DNA of 63,985 bases, the filler included, from Choristocarpus tenellus KU-1152 (lineage: Eukaryota > Protista > Phaeophyceae), in assembly GCA_964200185.2 (NCBI GenBank). It is 6 parts of 6 records of this genome, joined end to end, with 100 filler letters (N's around TTAATTAATTAA, not from the genome) between each part and the next. Parts side by side here need not be neighbours in the genome. Positions count along the whole stretch, not along the records: positions 37,914 to 61,376 come from CAXNAD020000244.1; 5 more parts are not named here. The stretch is one strand, 5' to 3'. Made by a program: the position numbers and the translations under genes. How positions within the stretch are numbered: position 1 is the stretch's first letter; each line of letters opens with the position of its first letter. The notes below the pieces were generated by a model. The model saw only the letters and a list, made by a program, of their open reading frames with translations. It had not been told where the DNA came from and did not search any database. This document shows, one piece after another, positions 38,041-52,600 of this stretch.

Positions 38041-40631
38041 AATATGAATGCTTGGAGTTCTTATCATGATAATTAGTCACATGGCAACAATCGCACTAAT
38101 TGGAAACATGTTCATAATAACGATAGTGGTATTACCTATCAATAGTGTAATTTACCATGTCAGAACGACAAGCACAAAAGCTACTTTAACAAACCTGCCT
38201 ACAGGTTACATGTCCGAAAATATGACAGTAGCTATCACTAGACTATAGACGCGAAGCAAGGGATATTTGTAGCTATTGCATGAGAGATCCCCTTCTTTAA
38301 TTTCCACCCTAACCCTAACTTCTACTTATGGTCCAGGATTTAAGTATTGTTGAGGGGATTGTTGACCCATAATGTGACTTGCTTTGATGCTGTTTCGCAG
38401 GACAACAGTCTGTGGTGGCTTTGTTACTAGTTCTGAATTCGATGCTGGCAATGTACGTTGAAGGTCAAAGTTATGCATAGACCTTGCATTACCTCGATCA
38501 TCATATTTTGCACAGGTACACATAGACCCCCCTAGCACAGCCCACCCCTTCTACCCAGCCACATCCCCTTCTTGCTGTGTCATTCTCCTTGGCGCTGCTG
38601 GAACACCGTGACTTCTGGCTGGTGCAGCTTCTCTTCTTTTTTCCTAGGCCCAGGATATACAGTCCCCCCTTTGCCTTTCCTCCTGATTCTGCTCTAGTAC
38701 TGTGTGTGGGCTGCATGTTGTAGTAAAACCCCACCACTACTATTACTTCGAAGTAATATTATTCTTATATACCTAAAGTTGTAGTTGAAACCGCTCCCAA
38801 ACTACTAGAGCTATGAAGGTTGTAAAGAAACAAGGGAAGACTCCAATGAGTCTGTCAAGCCGTCTTCCCCCCAACCCGGTGTATGTAGCTTGAAGTGCAT
38901 GGTGAGACGTGTAGAGATTACAACTTGTATTGTAACTGACACAATCTGTCATAGGCTTGTTTTCACTGCTCTCTTCCTACTCAACATGCCTTCTGGCCAC
39001 CTCTTGCGTATTGAGACATATATTTTTTGTCGAAAAAGACACGTTACAAAATAAGGTAATGATGGCGCTGAGAGTAAGTGTGCAGAAAGCTTCACAGTGT
39101 GTTGCAATCAGGCGTGATAATTTTTTATCGTATCATCAATAATGTTCGGTTGCCTTGCTGGTGAGGAAAGTTACAGACGGAGGTCAAGGCATACCGAAGA
39201 GTCATCAAGCCCTCCCTCTCTGGTCAACACAAAATCGATAGTGGCTTTCATAATGTGTAGCATTCCCAAAATTCCACAGAGCACGTCTTTGACGCCATGT
39301 TTGACCGGGTCCATCTGGATAAGAATGGCCTGACCTGGTTTCTGACTGTGTTCAGGTTTACCCTTTCCCTGGCAAGGCTCCGCCAACCTGCCCAGCCTCC
39401 AGATTCCAACATTTTGGGCCTGGTATTGTTCCACTTACTGCAGACCAGGGCAGGCTACAATAGGTTCGCGTGAACAACAAGGAGAGCCTTGTGAAAACCG
39501 TTGTGAAGGTATGCCAAGAGGACGATGCTGAAACCCATGGTTGTTTGAAAGAGCCTCATTGAGCAGTTTAAGAATGTGTTGAACCACTTAGTTTGACGGC
39601 AAAGATTTAAAGGAAGTGCAAAAGAAGCAAGGGGATAAGATAAGAACGTTGTGGGTAGATGGGCCCTCGGTGACCAAGCAAATCATCTTCCCTAAGGGTG
39701 CAAAGGATGTAGTCGTTGAAGTGTACGTACAATTTTTCACCGGCTTTTTTACAGGGTTAACTGAGACGATATCTTCAAATTTGTTCGATCTTCCCAGGCC
39801 TTCATTGGCCCAGAGTGTGGGACACCAACCTGCCCATTCCATGACTATTCTGACTAACCAGTGGGAGTAATTATGGATCTAGTCATCATGCCCTTCCTCC
39901 CTGTCGCTTGACAAGATACTTCTTCAGCGGCAGAGGCAACCTCCGATCTATGTTCGGAATGTATCATGTCTGTACACCTCTATACATGGAAATGCCATTG
40001 CTGAGAGTATCTCAGGGGAATGCTACATAGAGACAGCTAGAAATCAACCTTGAGCGTGTATCGTCTGCACTGCTGTTTAAGAGCAGTGTTGAAAAGAACC
40101 ACAGTCGCAACAGTCATCCGAAAAGGAAATTGTCCGCTCATCAGATCCTCATAAAACCCTCAAGCTGCACCAACATGGTATTGAGTTCGCTTGTCCCCTG
40201 GGGATGATAGCCGCCCTTGAGGTGCACAAACATTTTTGTCTTGTACCATTGGCCCACCTAATTGGACAATTTGGTCGGCAATTGAAGGAGTGAGGTTAAA
40301 TTCAATGCTCTTAATGGAGAGTCTCAACGTCAGTTTCTCGACAGGCAATGGTTCGAGATTGATCACTAGGTCACCTCCAGGTCAGCTTTGTGCCTTAGAA
40401 CATCAAATTGTGTACAAAACGAAGACTTCAAGGTTGTGATCTCAAAAGGTACTACATGTTCAATTGGTGATGTTGGTCAAAATACTTGGTAGTGATCTAA
40501 AGCAAGAAGCCACCACTACTTGCACACTCTCAAATACAAAATTGAAGAAAAACGACTTGCAATCTAAGGCCCATGTACAGCAAATAATGGGTACTACTCA
40601 TGACGATATATAGGGTCAAATTTAGACAAAC

Positions 40632-43600
40632 CTCAAGACACGGATCCTTCATCTTGGTACCCTTTGCATAACCGCCACTTGGTTCCACATGCTCGGGAGG
40701 TGGAGGTTCAAAGATGCACACCACTTCTGCACTGGCGCCTGCAGCAACAGAGCCCTTCTCAGGAGTCACTTGGAAATATTTCTTCTCCTTGGCCTCAGCG
40801 CTGAGCTCCACCTGGATTATTTTGGGCAATCTTATGGGTTGGAATTTCAGGTGGAAGAAATAAGGTGTGAAAGGAGAGCATAAGTTCTGGTGTTGCTGAG
40901 AGTCAAAACGATTTTTCGTCTAGGAGAGCTTATGGCTATTGTCTATTGTGACAGGACAAGAGATACATCGTGAAGATGCCAGGTTTTATGTATCATAAGG
41001 GTGCAACATGGCGACTTCCGTGTATTTTGAACCCTGCCTGAATTCCTGGATTGACCATCCACATTGATACTTCGAAGTATATACTATAAGGTCCTATTCT
41101 AGCAGGGTACCTAGTGAAATTAGACACCATCCTGTGCTTCATGCCATGACTTCACATCCAATAGGCAGGCCCAAACAAAATCTGAGACTTCCCCGGGTCT
41201 CTGTACAGAATTCAAACTGAGGAGGATGCTATAGGAGCACCACTGGAACAGTATATTTTATTCTCTTTCCAAGCATACACCCCCTTGCCGCTTGAGCCAA
41301 AGTATCTTAGAGGGTAGAGCTGCGTCCATTTGGGGGCCAAAATCCATTGTTGCAATTTCAATGTAATTTTGGCGATCGTGTTTGTTAGGAAGTGTCAACA
41401 TCCTTGTTCCAAACACACCTTTCATAACGTATACATTTTACCTACTCCGAAATATTTTGGAGTAGGAAAATGTCATAAAAACCCCGAGGGAAGCCAAGCC
41501 CCAAATGGATAAACAGAACAAAACTTGTACCCTCTAAGATACTTTCACTCGCTTCTTACTTCATTTCTAAGACTGTATCTTACCTCAAACGTCCCACCAC
41601 TTGACTTCTTCGGGTCGTTTGGAACGAGGGAACTAATTACAAGCACCATCCTGTTGCTATGTGCTGCCTCTGCCCCACTCTGATCCTCATTGTTTGCAGC
41701 TGCATCCTTCGGAAAGCGAAGGAGGATTGGTGGGGGGACTGTTTTCTTGGCCTTGATACAGCTCAGTTCCGCCATGCAGTAGAATGGGTATGAGACAGAT
41801 CAACAAGATGAGATGGAATGGTGTGAGGACAGAGGAGGGTAGGAAGTGGAGCCTAGGGTTTTGGTCAAGGAACAGACTCCGAAACCAGAGGTACTGTGCG
41901 TACAGACTCATGACGTATGAGTAAAACTACGTGCAATTGTCCATAACAAGCGGATGGAATCTCTATTCACTGCGCCAATGGTACCTAGTATAACAGAGGC
42001 TTGCTTTATGCCAGGGTAAAGGTATGCAACTAGATGTACACACCGTGGATGTCAACTGTCAAAACACACGGAGATCATATGGTGAGTGTGCAATAAATTT
42101 GCTACTCGCAGTGAAAGCCCTGTCTTGAAGGACATTGTCCTAGCTACAGGAGTAATCGGTGAACAATCACTTATTAAGCTGTTGCTAGTATCTTTCTTTG
42201 CAATGTACACAGTATGACTGTGTTGGAGCCAGTGAACATCCTGTGGCAGGCGAGGAAGGTGGACAACTCAACAAATATTCATGCAAATAATTTTGCGTAG
42301 GCTCAAACTATCTGGGGGGGGGGGTCTATACCAGGGTGTCCATTCGAGCCCTGAGCAGAAAACGTGCACTTACTCTATCCATCCAAGGCATGCCACCAAA
42401 TCACCTAAAAATCGTGACATGGAAAATGGGTCCCAAATGGACAGCCACCCCCCCCCCCAGATACTTTGAGTCTTAGAAGCACTACCACAGTGGATTTACC
42501 TGGCCTTGTCTTCAACCTGGCTTTCGATAAACTCAAAGTGCACCGTTTTGTTGTGGAAAGAATATTTTGTCCTTATAAAATGTACACATGAAAAGGGACT
42601 AGCAAGCTATAGTGCTTTTCTCGCATTTGAGTGACTCGTAAATTCTTTCGCTTGGGTAAGGCTGCAGTATTCGTCAGCTTTCACAGAAGGCAGTATCATT
42701 TTCTTCATTATGATCTCCTTTTTGATTTGGAGTTCGAAGAATGGCATGACATGCCACAAAAAGAGCAGTGCAATGGCTCTCGTCCTGATTGGAGTCAAAG
42801 TATCTTAGAGGGTAGAGCTGCGTCCATTTGGGGACCAAAATCCAATGTTTCAATTTTGATGTAATTTGGGCTATCATGTTTGTTAGGAGGTGTCAATATC
42901 CTTGTTCCGCACACACCTTTTCAAATGTAAACAATTTACCTACTCCGGAACATCTTGGAGTAGGTAAAATGTCATAAAAAACCTGTGGGAAACCAAGCCC
43001 CAAATAGACAAACAGGGCAGAAATCGTACCCTCTAAGATACTTTCACTCATTGAACATCCCCAACGTAAGGCCACCCACAGCAAGGCCACCCCCAGCAGA
43101 AGAGGACATCAGCGACCTCTTGTCCAACATCAACCACATGGTAAAGACAAGAGCATCTACACTGAGCCCCTACATTTCATTCTGTCATGCCCCCTTTACC
43201 TGATGGCACATAACTCACCCCACAATGCATTGTGCTGCACCCCTTTGCGGCAATATCTTCTTGTTCCACCACCTCGCCCCCCCCCACTTCTGCTGGAAGG
43301 ACAAAGGAATCAACTGTGCCTTCTGGTACTTGCTGCCACGGGTTTTGACCTGGTGGTGTGGCCTGAATATAAAACTGGCGGGCTACACAGTGCCCCTTGA
43401 GATGAACATGGTGCTCCTGCAACTAAATTTGTGGTTGACAAGGTTGTGTTCGCCAAAAAATATGCTAGATCACTCAGAGAGAGGTAGGTGTTTTGTAAGA
43501 GTGAAGGGGCCAACTGAGTCAAAGTATCTTAGAGGTTAGAGCCGCGTCTGTTTGGGGGCCAAAATCCAATGATACGATTTGGATGTGATTTTGGCTATCA

Positions 43601-46600
43601 TGTTTGCTAGGAAGTGTCAATATCCTTGTTCCGGACACATCTTTTCATAACATACACATTTTACCTATCTGAAACATTTCATAGTGTGTAAAATGTAAAA
43701 AAAAAAGCGTGGGAATCCCCAAACGACAAACTATGATACTTTGACTCAACTGCCGCAATAGACCAAACAAGCTGTGGGGGCTCCTTTCAATGTGGAAATG
43801 CACTCCTGTGAATACTTATTGGGAGTAAGTTGTTACATAAGTGTAGTGGATTCACACCAGCTGACCTGATAAGCTTTACACATCACCACTCCTTAAATAT
43901 CACCAATAAATTGAACTCCAGAGTAGTTGGTACTATTTTGCACATGCAATCCAGATGACAAGTTTTCTACTTCAGAGTCATGTGAGTCAACATTCCTTCT
44001 TATAACTAACGGAAGGGAAGTAGTGCTGATCAAAAGTGTTTCTAGATCATTAAGGCTTGTTTGGGTCTATGCAGAGTATTAAAAGGTTACAATATAATAT
44101 GAAACGTGTTTTCTAGAGGAGCTGCCAACTATTAGATAGTTTTCCAATAGGAACCATTCTTGCTGTCTGTTGTGTGCGGACTCTTTGGCTGGACAACAAA
44201 GGGGAAAATGTCATGGACATGGAAAGATATCCGATGGAGAAGAAAATAGATCAACGTTTGTATTATTTGTTCTGAAAAGGGTGAATATAGTCATTGTCAA
44301 TTCACAGCTCGATCAATTGGAATTAGAGGTGAGGTGCACTTTGATGACATCAAAATACAACAGCACAGCACTCATTTATATACCTGATTTGGCACTTCCA
44401 TGCGGAAGGAAGCACGGTAGGGCCATAGGCGTTCGTGGTCTGGACTGAACAAAGCTTTAACCACTACAGCTTCCCCTGGAGGTACTCCCCCCTTGGAAGG
44501 AATGATAGCAAACACCTGCATAGCATCCATCCAGTATTTGTTTTAAAGAAAGAGATTTAAGGAGCTCAGTTATATGATCTGATGCAAAATCTCATATAGG
44601 TCTATCTTGAACTAGGGAGAGTTGAGGCAGTAAAAAATAGGAGGCAAGGCCTGTGCAGTTGATGATGACAAGTAATAAACCTCATTTTGGAGGGAAGATG
44701 TTCTTATATTCTACTATTGTGTAAGTACAGAAGGGAGGAGGGAGATTGTGAGTTATTGGAGTGAATGACCAGGGGTTCAGTACGGTGGATAGGTTAGTAA
44801 TCCGAGTTTAGAGGCAGAAGGATATCCTCTCCCATGAGAGGAACTATCTGCATAGAAAGCATTATTTTCCCTCATCTTGGCGAAATGAACACGTATCTCA
44901 AAATTTTAAGATGATTAGCCTTAGGGTCATTTGACGTGATATGCTCAGCATTATTACATCAACATGAGAAGTGTAAGCTGACATATTGAGAAGACTTTGG
45001 CATGAAATAACATAATAGTCCATACCACTTCAATAACCCATGCAATGGAGTCAACAAATTGTTGAGGTACACAACTAGCACCACCTCTTCGTGGTTGAAG
45101 TTCTCTGCTGGACGAGGACCAAATGGTACAGCCTCAAATCTCAGATGAAATGCGCTGTCATTTTGCAGAATCAGCTCCCTGCCAGATATTATGCATGATT
45201 CAGGTGGTATGTTAGGGTGATGCAGGTAGTACGGCTTGTGTGAGGAAAATCACATGGCCTGAAATGTTAGGTGAACAACATGTGGCTCTCTTCCCAAAAC
45301 TGGAAAACATTTAATGCTGTAGAGTTGTAGGACGATATAGTTGTGGTGGAACTTTTGCTCCCACACTAAGTCAGGCTTCCGGAGATGATCATCTTCTAAT
45401 ACCGCATGAAACACTTCACACTTAAGTATCAATGAGATGGAAAAATGGGGATATAGTGCTTCCCATATTTGCTACGTACCATCTAACTTCCCTCTTTCCC
45501 TCTTCCCTCCGCAAGCCTACCCTAGGCTTCCACCCCACTCTCTCCAACTATCTGTCACCAAAAAAGAGTCTGTGTGCCCTCACCTCTCTACAACGTCTCC
45601 CTCCAGTGCATATCCCATATCTAGCTTCCCGTCTTTGGGTTCCAGACTGAGAACTGGGCTCACACCTTCTCCCCGCAGTCTCACTTGCAGTGACTTTCCC
45701 AAGAGGGGACTGAATTCATGGGAAAACAGATAGAGTGACCAAGTGGGGAAAATAGTTCATGGAGGCAGGAAGTGATTGGTTGGAAAGATTAGGGAGGAAA
45801 ATAAGAATAAGACCAAGTCAAAACTACTGAGGAGAGAGAAGGTGCTGGGAAGCCTTGATGATACTCTTGCCACTGTTGTACAGGGAACTCATACTGACAT
45901 TTTTCTTACACCATCTATGAAAATCAAAGCAGAAATCCTACCATCAGTATTCCTCTGGGGTTTTTCCGGAAATATAGAGGATGCTTGGTTGCAGCAAGTT
46001 GCAGATTTCATGACTCTAGACGGCTAGTTGGACGGATACTGAGACCAGGAGTGTATAAATATATATCTTGATGCCTCCTTATTGATGCAGCACGAACGAA
46101 TATGCAAAGAATATCAGAGAGCCAGCATGGGAAAGCTGCAACGAAGGGAAATCAGATACTTCCTCCACCTTTGCACCTTCGAAGCGTGAGAGTCTCAGAG
46201 ACTAGCCCCTGCTGTTGTGGGAAGAATTGCAAGATGGCCCTATGTGCTTCTCCCACTGGTACAGGACGGAGGGCATTCATAAGCTGCGCAAAACAGGTAG
46301 ACAATGAGATCCATTATGACAATATCTTGGAAACTGGTAACAGAGACAGACTAGGGCTACAGTTCATCTCACCGAAATCAGTGGCAGCTTGGTGTTGTTA
46401 ATATATTGCAGTTATTAATGCATTTTTATGATCTCAAATTTGCAAAATCTTCAACCTCAATATGGACTAGATTATCTCAGTCTGGAGCCCTAAAAAACAT
46501 CAAAAATGTCATGATTACTTCTTCTCTCGGAGTATTCTACTATACACTTTGTACAAAGGAGGTAAATCCTTGTGTTTTGGGAGCATATGCTGAAGCAACT

Positions 46601-49600
46601 TCACATAGATGAGTTATTTGTCAATTTAGCATTAGCCTTGGACAAACTAAAGGACATGAACCCATTAGTTCATGTTAGTGTGAGTATAATGAATGTGATG
46701 GGGAGGCAGAAATACAAGACAGGACAATGTAGTACTCTTGAAATTATCACGACCACAGGAGCAGAAACAAGGAATTCAAGTCCTGTGTGATTTTTCCTTG
46801 AGAATATTCAGTACTCTTTGTCGGGTCTGCTCGCACTGCTTATGTTCTCTTACCATCACTCAACATGCCTCCCTCAACATGTATGTTATAGAAGATATAG
46901 AGGATATTCTGTAATTGTTAAGCTTAAAAAAAAACTCACATCCTCTCTGTACTTGTCAAAACCTGGTATCTTACATAGGCTTGATGACTATGGGACTAGT
47001 TGCATGAGGTCCAATGCATTTAGAATGTGGAGAAATACAAACACCAACCAGTCAGTAGAGATTATTCTCCAACTTCTTTGCAATCCTTTCATGCCAGTTT
47101 GTTAGACTAACCTGATATGGGCCGGTAGAATTCAGACCCTCAGCCATTAATGGGGCATCCTCTGACCCCTCGTTCAGTATCTTCAGTGTCACCTTAAATT
47201 GAAGAAGAGCAAGTTGGATAAGTATGCTGTTAATGTGCATCCAATGTTATATTTTTTTTATGTACCTCCCAACAACTGTTTTCTGGGCAGTATTGGCTCT
47301 TCATAAGGATGCATTTCGACTGCTCCTCTGCAAACCTGGATTCTCTGCTCATGAATTGTCAGTCAGGCTGTGCCTCTTCTCTCTGAAGGCATGAGTTGAT
47401 ACGCATACACAAAGAAAATATTTTAACTGCTTTTTCATGATATAGGATAGTAGCAACGTGCCATGCCAGGACTATAGTGATGAAGCAGTTGTGGTGAAGA
47501 TTTCAAGCTTTTGACATGAGTACATTTCACTCCCCTCCACAACAGAAACTGTGTCCATTCTGTAGTCTAGCAAACGTTCACCTACCATCCCAGGTCATCC
47601 AACAATATACATTGCAACATGCAAACATATCTGGTTGGAGTATCAGCGCAGGAACAGCATCATAGGATTAGAAGGAGATAGATGTATAAAACACCTATTT
47701 GTTACATATTTACCATCTTGTTATGACAAAAATGTATCAACAAGCGAGTCTGGATCTGCAGCAGCAAATGTCATCGGTGCATGGTCTATTATGTTTGCAT
47801 GGCAATGCAGAGGGCTGAGTGTTTTCATGTCTTCGGACATGTCCATGTCTAGCTGAGTCCCCACAGGGATGCCCCAGGGAGTTACCAAGGAGCCAATTGA
47901 TCACAGACAACACACCCAAGCGCTCAGGCCTCCCTGGACTCACTTCTACCTTGCCTCCCACTGCCAGCTGACCGAAGTCAACCTTAGATTTGTCCACTGA
48001 CAGTGTCCGGCGTACGGTGACTGTGTTCACCTTTGTGTTTAGGGGTTAGTGGTTAGTTTTGCATGTGAATGGACAAGAAGAAAGTTCCACTCACAATGAG
48101 TGCTTACCACATTTTACAAACATGACCAAAGCAACTTGTTCTTGACTAGATAAAATTGATTGGCACTCAGTGCAGCCCAACTATTATGTGCAAGGAAATG
48201 CAGAGGAGCATGGACAAAGACAGCAGGAGTAAAGGCAGGGTGGTAATATAATAGAACTTTACGCTTGATGCAAGGAGTGAAAGTATCTTAGAGGGTACAA
48301 GTTTTCCCCTGTTTGTTCATTTGGGGCTTGGCTTCCCATAGTTTTTTTATGACATTTTCCTACTCCAAAATGTTTAGGGGTAGGTAAAATATATACATTA
48401 TGAAAAGGTGCGTCCAGAACATGGATATTAACACACAATAGCCAAAATTACATCAAAATCGCAACATTGGATTTTGACCCTCAAATGGATGCGGCTCCAT
48501 CCTCTGAGATACTTTGACTCAAGAAGCATTGGAGGACTAAAGACTGAACTTATGGTCTTAAATCTTCCCTCCTCTTTGCACATTCAATTCTGTGAGAAAC
48601 CTTCAATAGTCAAAATGCCCACTCCTGTCAAGACTGCATTGCTAAGACAAAAAATGAAATGTCCAATCACACTGAAAGCTTACACCTCCACAAGGTTAAC
48701 GTAGGCATCATTGTACACGCACTTTGATATGTACTTCTAACACCTTCGAAAATGAGTAGAGTCAGTTGTAGTGGGTAAAGTAGTTGCCCATCAGGAGTTT
48801 CGCTGTAAAATGATGTATTCACCAGGGAGGGTAAGAACTATTCCTAGCTTCTGCCTCAAGTGAGCCAAACCAGTATTAAAAACTTACTGCGCAGGTCACC
48901 AACAACTCATAAAAAAGAGATGAATCCCATGCATTGTAGTGCTGTAACCAAATGCATTCCTTCGAAGTTGCTCTAACAACGAAGAGATACTACTGAAAAT
49001 CCCCACCTCCAGAGCAATGGTTGGAGGAGTTGTCTCTGTCCCCCTCCTCCCTCCACCTCCCTTTATGAAACAAGGAATTCGCCACTTTGCATGCCAGCTC
49101 CAAGGTTCTTCCTCCTTTCCACCCCTTTCAACCTTTCCCCTTGCCCCAGCCTCTGCTTCAACCATCAACCTGTCCTGAGCGCTTGCAGGTACCCAAAGTT
49201 CATTTGTCGAATTGTTTAGGACTCCTTCACTGATGGTGACCCTTCCAGCATGAGCGGGTACTATAGGAGGAGTCGGATGTGTATTAGCAGCGGTTTGACT
49301 TTCAAATCTCTGAATTTCCTGCTGACTCTTTCCCTCATTGTCCTCTCCAATGCCGACTTCCCCATGCAGTAAAATTGGGGATTCCTTTTCATCTCCTCCT
49401 CCCCCCATTTTACCCTCCCCACTGTCACTGCTGACTTTGTCAGTGGTTCCTAATGCAGTGTTAGAATGTAAGTCAAGGTCAACAGGGGGGGTGAACTTGA
49501 CCTCAACTCTTGCACCTTCCCCGGGGGTAAGTTGGGCTACCCCAGGTGAAATCTTGAGGAAAGATACTTGTGGTTCTGGTGCTAGAAATTCCACGGACTT

Positions 49601-52600
49601 GGATGCATTTGTTCAAGACCAGGCCATGGGGATAGGGTGCACAATGGAAGTTGTGTGAGCTGGAGAAGGGGGATGCAATCGTTAAGGTTGGTGAGGAGCG
49701 GATCCATAATGAGTACTGGTGATAGAGCAACACAGAGCATCATAGCACTTCACATGACTAAAGGGGTGTATATATATGTGTGTGTGTGTTGACATATCCA
49801 TCGATGTATGGGCTATGTCTAACTGAGTATATGGTACTCCGAATCACTCTCTTCGCCAGATCCAAACCATTTCAGAGGGTAGGAGTTTAACCCTGTTTGT
49901 CCATCCAGGTCTTGGCTTCCCACGGATTTCTGATGTCCTTTTTTGGGCTTGTTGTGAACACAGTTACCTACTCCGAAATGTTTCAGAGCAGATAAAACGT
50001 ACATGACTATGAAAGGTGTGTGCGGAGCAAGGATATTGACACTTCCTGAAAAAACAACAGGAAAAATTAAATCAAAATCAAAAAATCGGATTTATGACCC
50101 CGAATGGACTCGACTCTACCCTCTGAAATACTTTGGATCCCAACAAGTGCAGTATATTGACTGTTGCACAGATATTAATGTCTGTGGAAAATTGCACATA
50201 TCCTTGCAATTCTATGTACGTTATTTTAGAAAATAGACGTGCACATACGCGAATTGAGAGAGAGAGGAAGGTTGATGAATATTTGAGACACACCCTCAAC
50301 TCTTCGGACTGTGCCTCTTGGAGCTGTTTTCTCCTACTATTTACGACATTTCGTTCCCGTTCAAGCATTGTTCATACCCCTCTCGACCAAATTCTTCACA
50401 GAAAGTCAATGCTGCTCCTCTTCTTTCACCTGGGTTGTGCGGGAGACGTTTCGCACAAACACACTTGCGGTTGTGCTATCTCCTGGACAGGCAGGAGCAA
50501 GGTGAAGTACAGTGTGGCTAAAACTGAGCAGGGGCTCCATCCCCACACCGTGGCACCTACTTGGTGGAAGGAATGGCAAAAAGAGATACTAAGGTTGCAT
50601 TACAAACCATCACATTAGCACTATTGACTACTCCGAAAAAAAATTGACTGCCCCACACACCAAAGAATGGACAGTAAATGAAGTTTGATCAGACATTTAC
50701 CACTCACAGAACCCCAAAGACGGGCTTACCCTTGGCATTCAATTAGATTATGTGTCCAAGACAGTGCGAAAAGTAACCTGTTGCCTGCAAACCTTTGCGA
50801 GGTTCAGTTTAAATGTTCAATATCAGTGTGTATGTGGACCACTCAGTGGGCAACAATGGTTTACCATCAATGGAGTCTCGGTGGGAGACAGTCAAGGGTT
50901 GCTAAAATAACGTACATAGAATTGCAAGGATATGTGCAATCATGGGGTTGCTTTCAATCTTGTTAGCAGGACCCTTTAAGTTGTTATACCTTCATGACCC
51001 AGTCAATCAGATATGGTACAGTGTTTTATGTACTATTACTGCCTCATGTTGGAACAAAAGGTATTAAGGGGTGAAAGGTTTCCCCATATTTTTAAGGACC
51101 CATGTGTACTCAAGAGGTATTGCCCACCCTAGCAGGAAACAAGCATAAGATGCGTGAGAGCAATATAAATCACTTATTCTCCAACTTCTCATTCACTCTC
51201 TCTATGGCAATCTGGGGTGCACTCCTCTCACCGGATTATTGAGGTCTGCCCAAGGGATGTACTGAAGGTGAGTGAGGAGTCATGTACAATGGAAGATGCT
51301 GGGCTGAAAGTGATGTCCATGAACCGTTCTTCAAATGGTAAAAGGATCCCAAAGCCATCATTTGGTTGGACCATCAGCTGCACAGAAACAAAGGAAAAAT
51401 TCAACCCAGACCCCCCACAGCCCCAAAGTCGAATGTGCAAGTGTTGAATTCAAGAGTAGTCTAGGGTCCTGTATACCAGTTCTCTGTTTGACTCAAACTT
51501 AATGCTGACTTGTCTACTTTTGACTAGCCACATGGGATAGTCTGCAGATGAGGGCACTACCACTGAGTCAAACCAAGAGTTAGGCAGGGTTGCATTTTAA
51601 GGATCCCGATAAAGGGCAAGAGTGAAAGTGTCTTAGAGGGTACGAGTTTTGCCCTGTTTGTCCGTTTGGAGCTTGGGTTTGCACGGGATTTTTCTTACAT
51701 TTTCCTACCCCAAAATGGCTCAGAGGGGGTAAAATGTGTACGTTATAAAAACTTGTGTCTGGAACAAGGATATTGACACTTCCTATCAAATACTATAGCC
51801 AAAATCTCATCAGTATCGCAGCATTGGATTTGACCAACAAATGGACACAGCTCTACCCTCTAAGATATTTGGACTCCAAAAGAGATACTATTGTGTAGAT
51901 TTGTAGAAAGAGCCTTTGCTGAATCGTGGTGTCACTTTGTGTATGGAAAGGGGGAACATCAATATTGCGTACACTGTTGTACCCATCTAGAAATAGAATA
52001 GAGTGTATTGCACAGGGTAAGGAATATGGCTGAGAATACACGCAAGGGTTCAAACCTTCATACCTTTCAATTGATTTGATTCTACTCTGAACCAAGGAAT
52101 GACAATCACAGTTGAAGTCTTGTCACCAAACTCTTCTGATCCCCACACACTTCAGCTAAGATATTTTTTCTGATCTCCTCGAATGCTCCCTGTTCTCTCA
52201 TCTTACTCTGGCCTTTCCTCTTTTCCACCTCCCACTCCTCCCACCAATCCCCCTCCTACTGCAGCTGTGATGCATACCTCGGGTGGATTCTTGACAAACC
52301 CAAACTTCATGGGGAGCCGGGCGGTGCTGGTCAGGGAAATCCTTCGAGTTACACTCTGATTTGTAAAGCATTGCGCAAAATCCAACCAATTTTTTATGCC
52401 TGTACTCTCAGTGCCAAGGTCAGAACGAGAAGAGACGAGCCCTCCAATCCTCACTTTGGATTCAGTAAGCTGAGCTCGTAAGGTCCAGAAGACAGGTATG
52501 ACCTTCCATGTAGCAGGTGGAGATGTTAGGATAGTAATTCAAACGATCAAACACTAGTCTGAGAAGCAACAAAGTCCAGATTAGACAGGAGGAAACACCC

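Noticed and set aside
38501-38737. Candidate last exon of CFAP74
   Set aside because: No clear acceptor site or match to the expected C-terminal motif.
39100-40500. Possible RT relic (LYVHFNDYILC...DDLLGH on the minus strand)
   Set aside because: Too degenerate to assign without a search.
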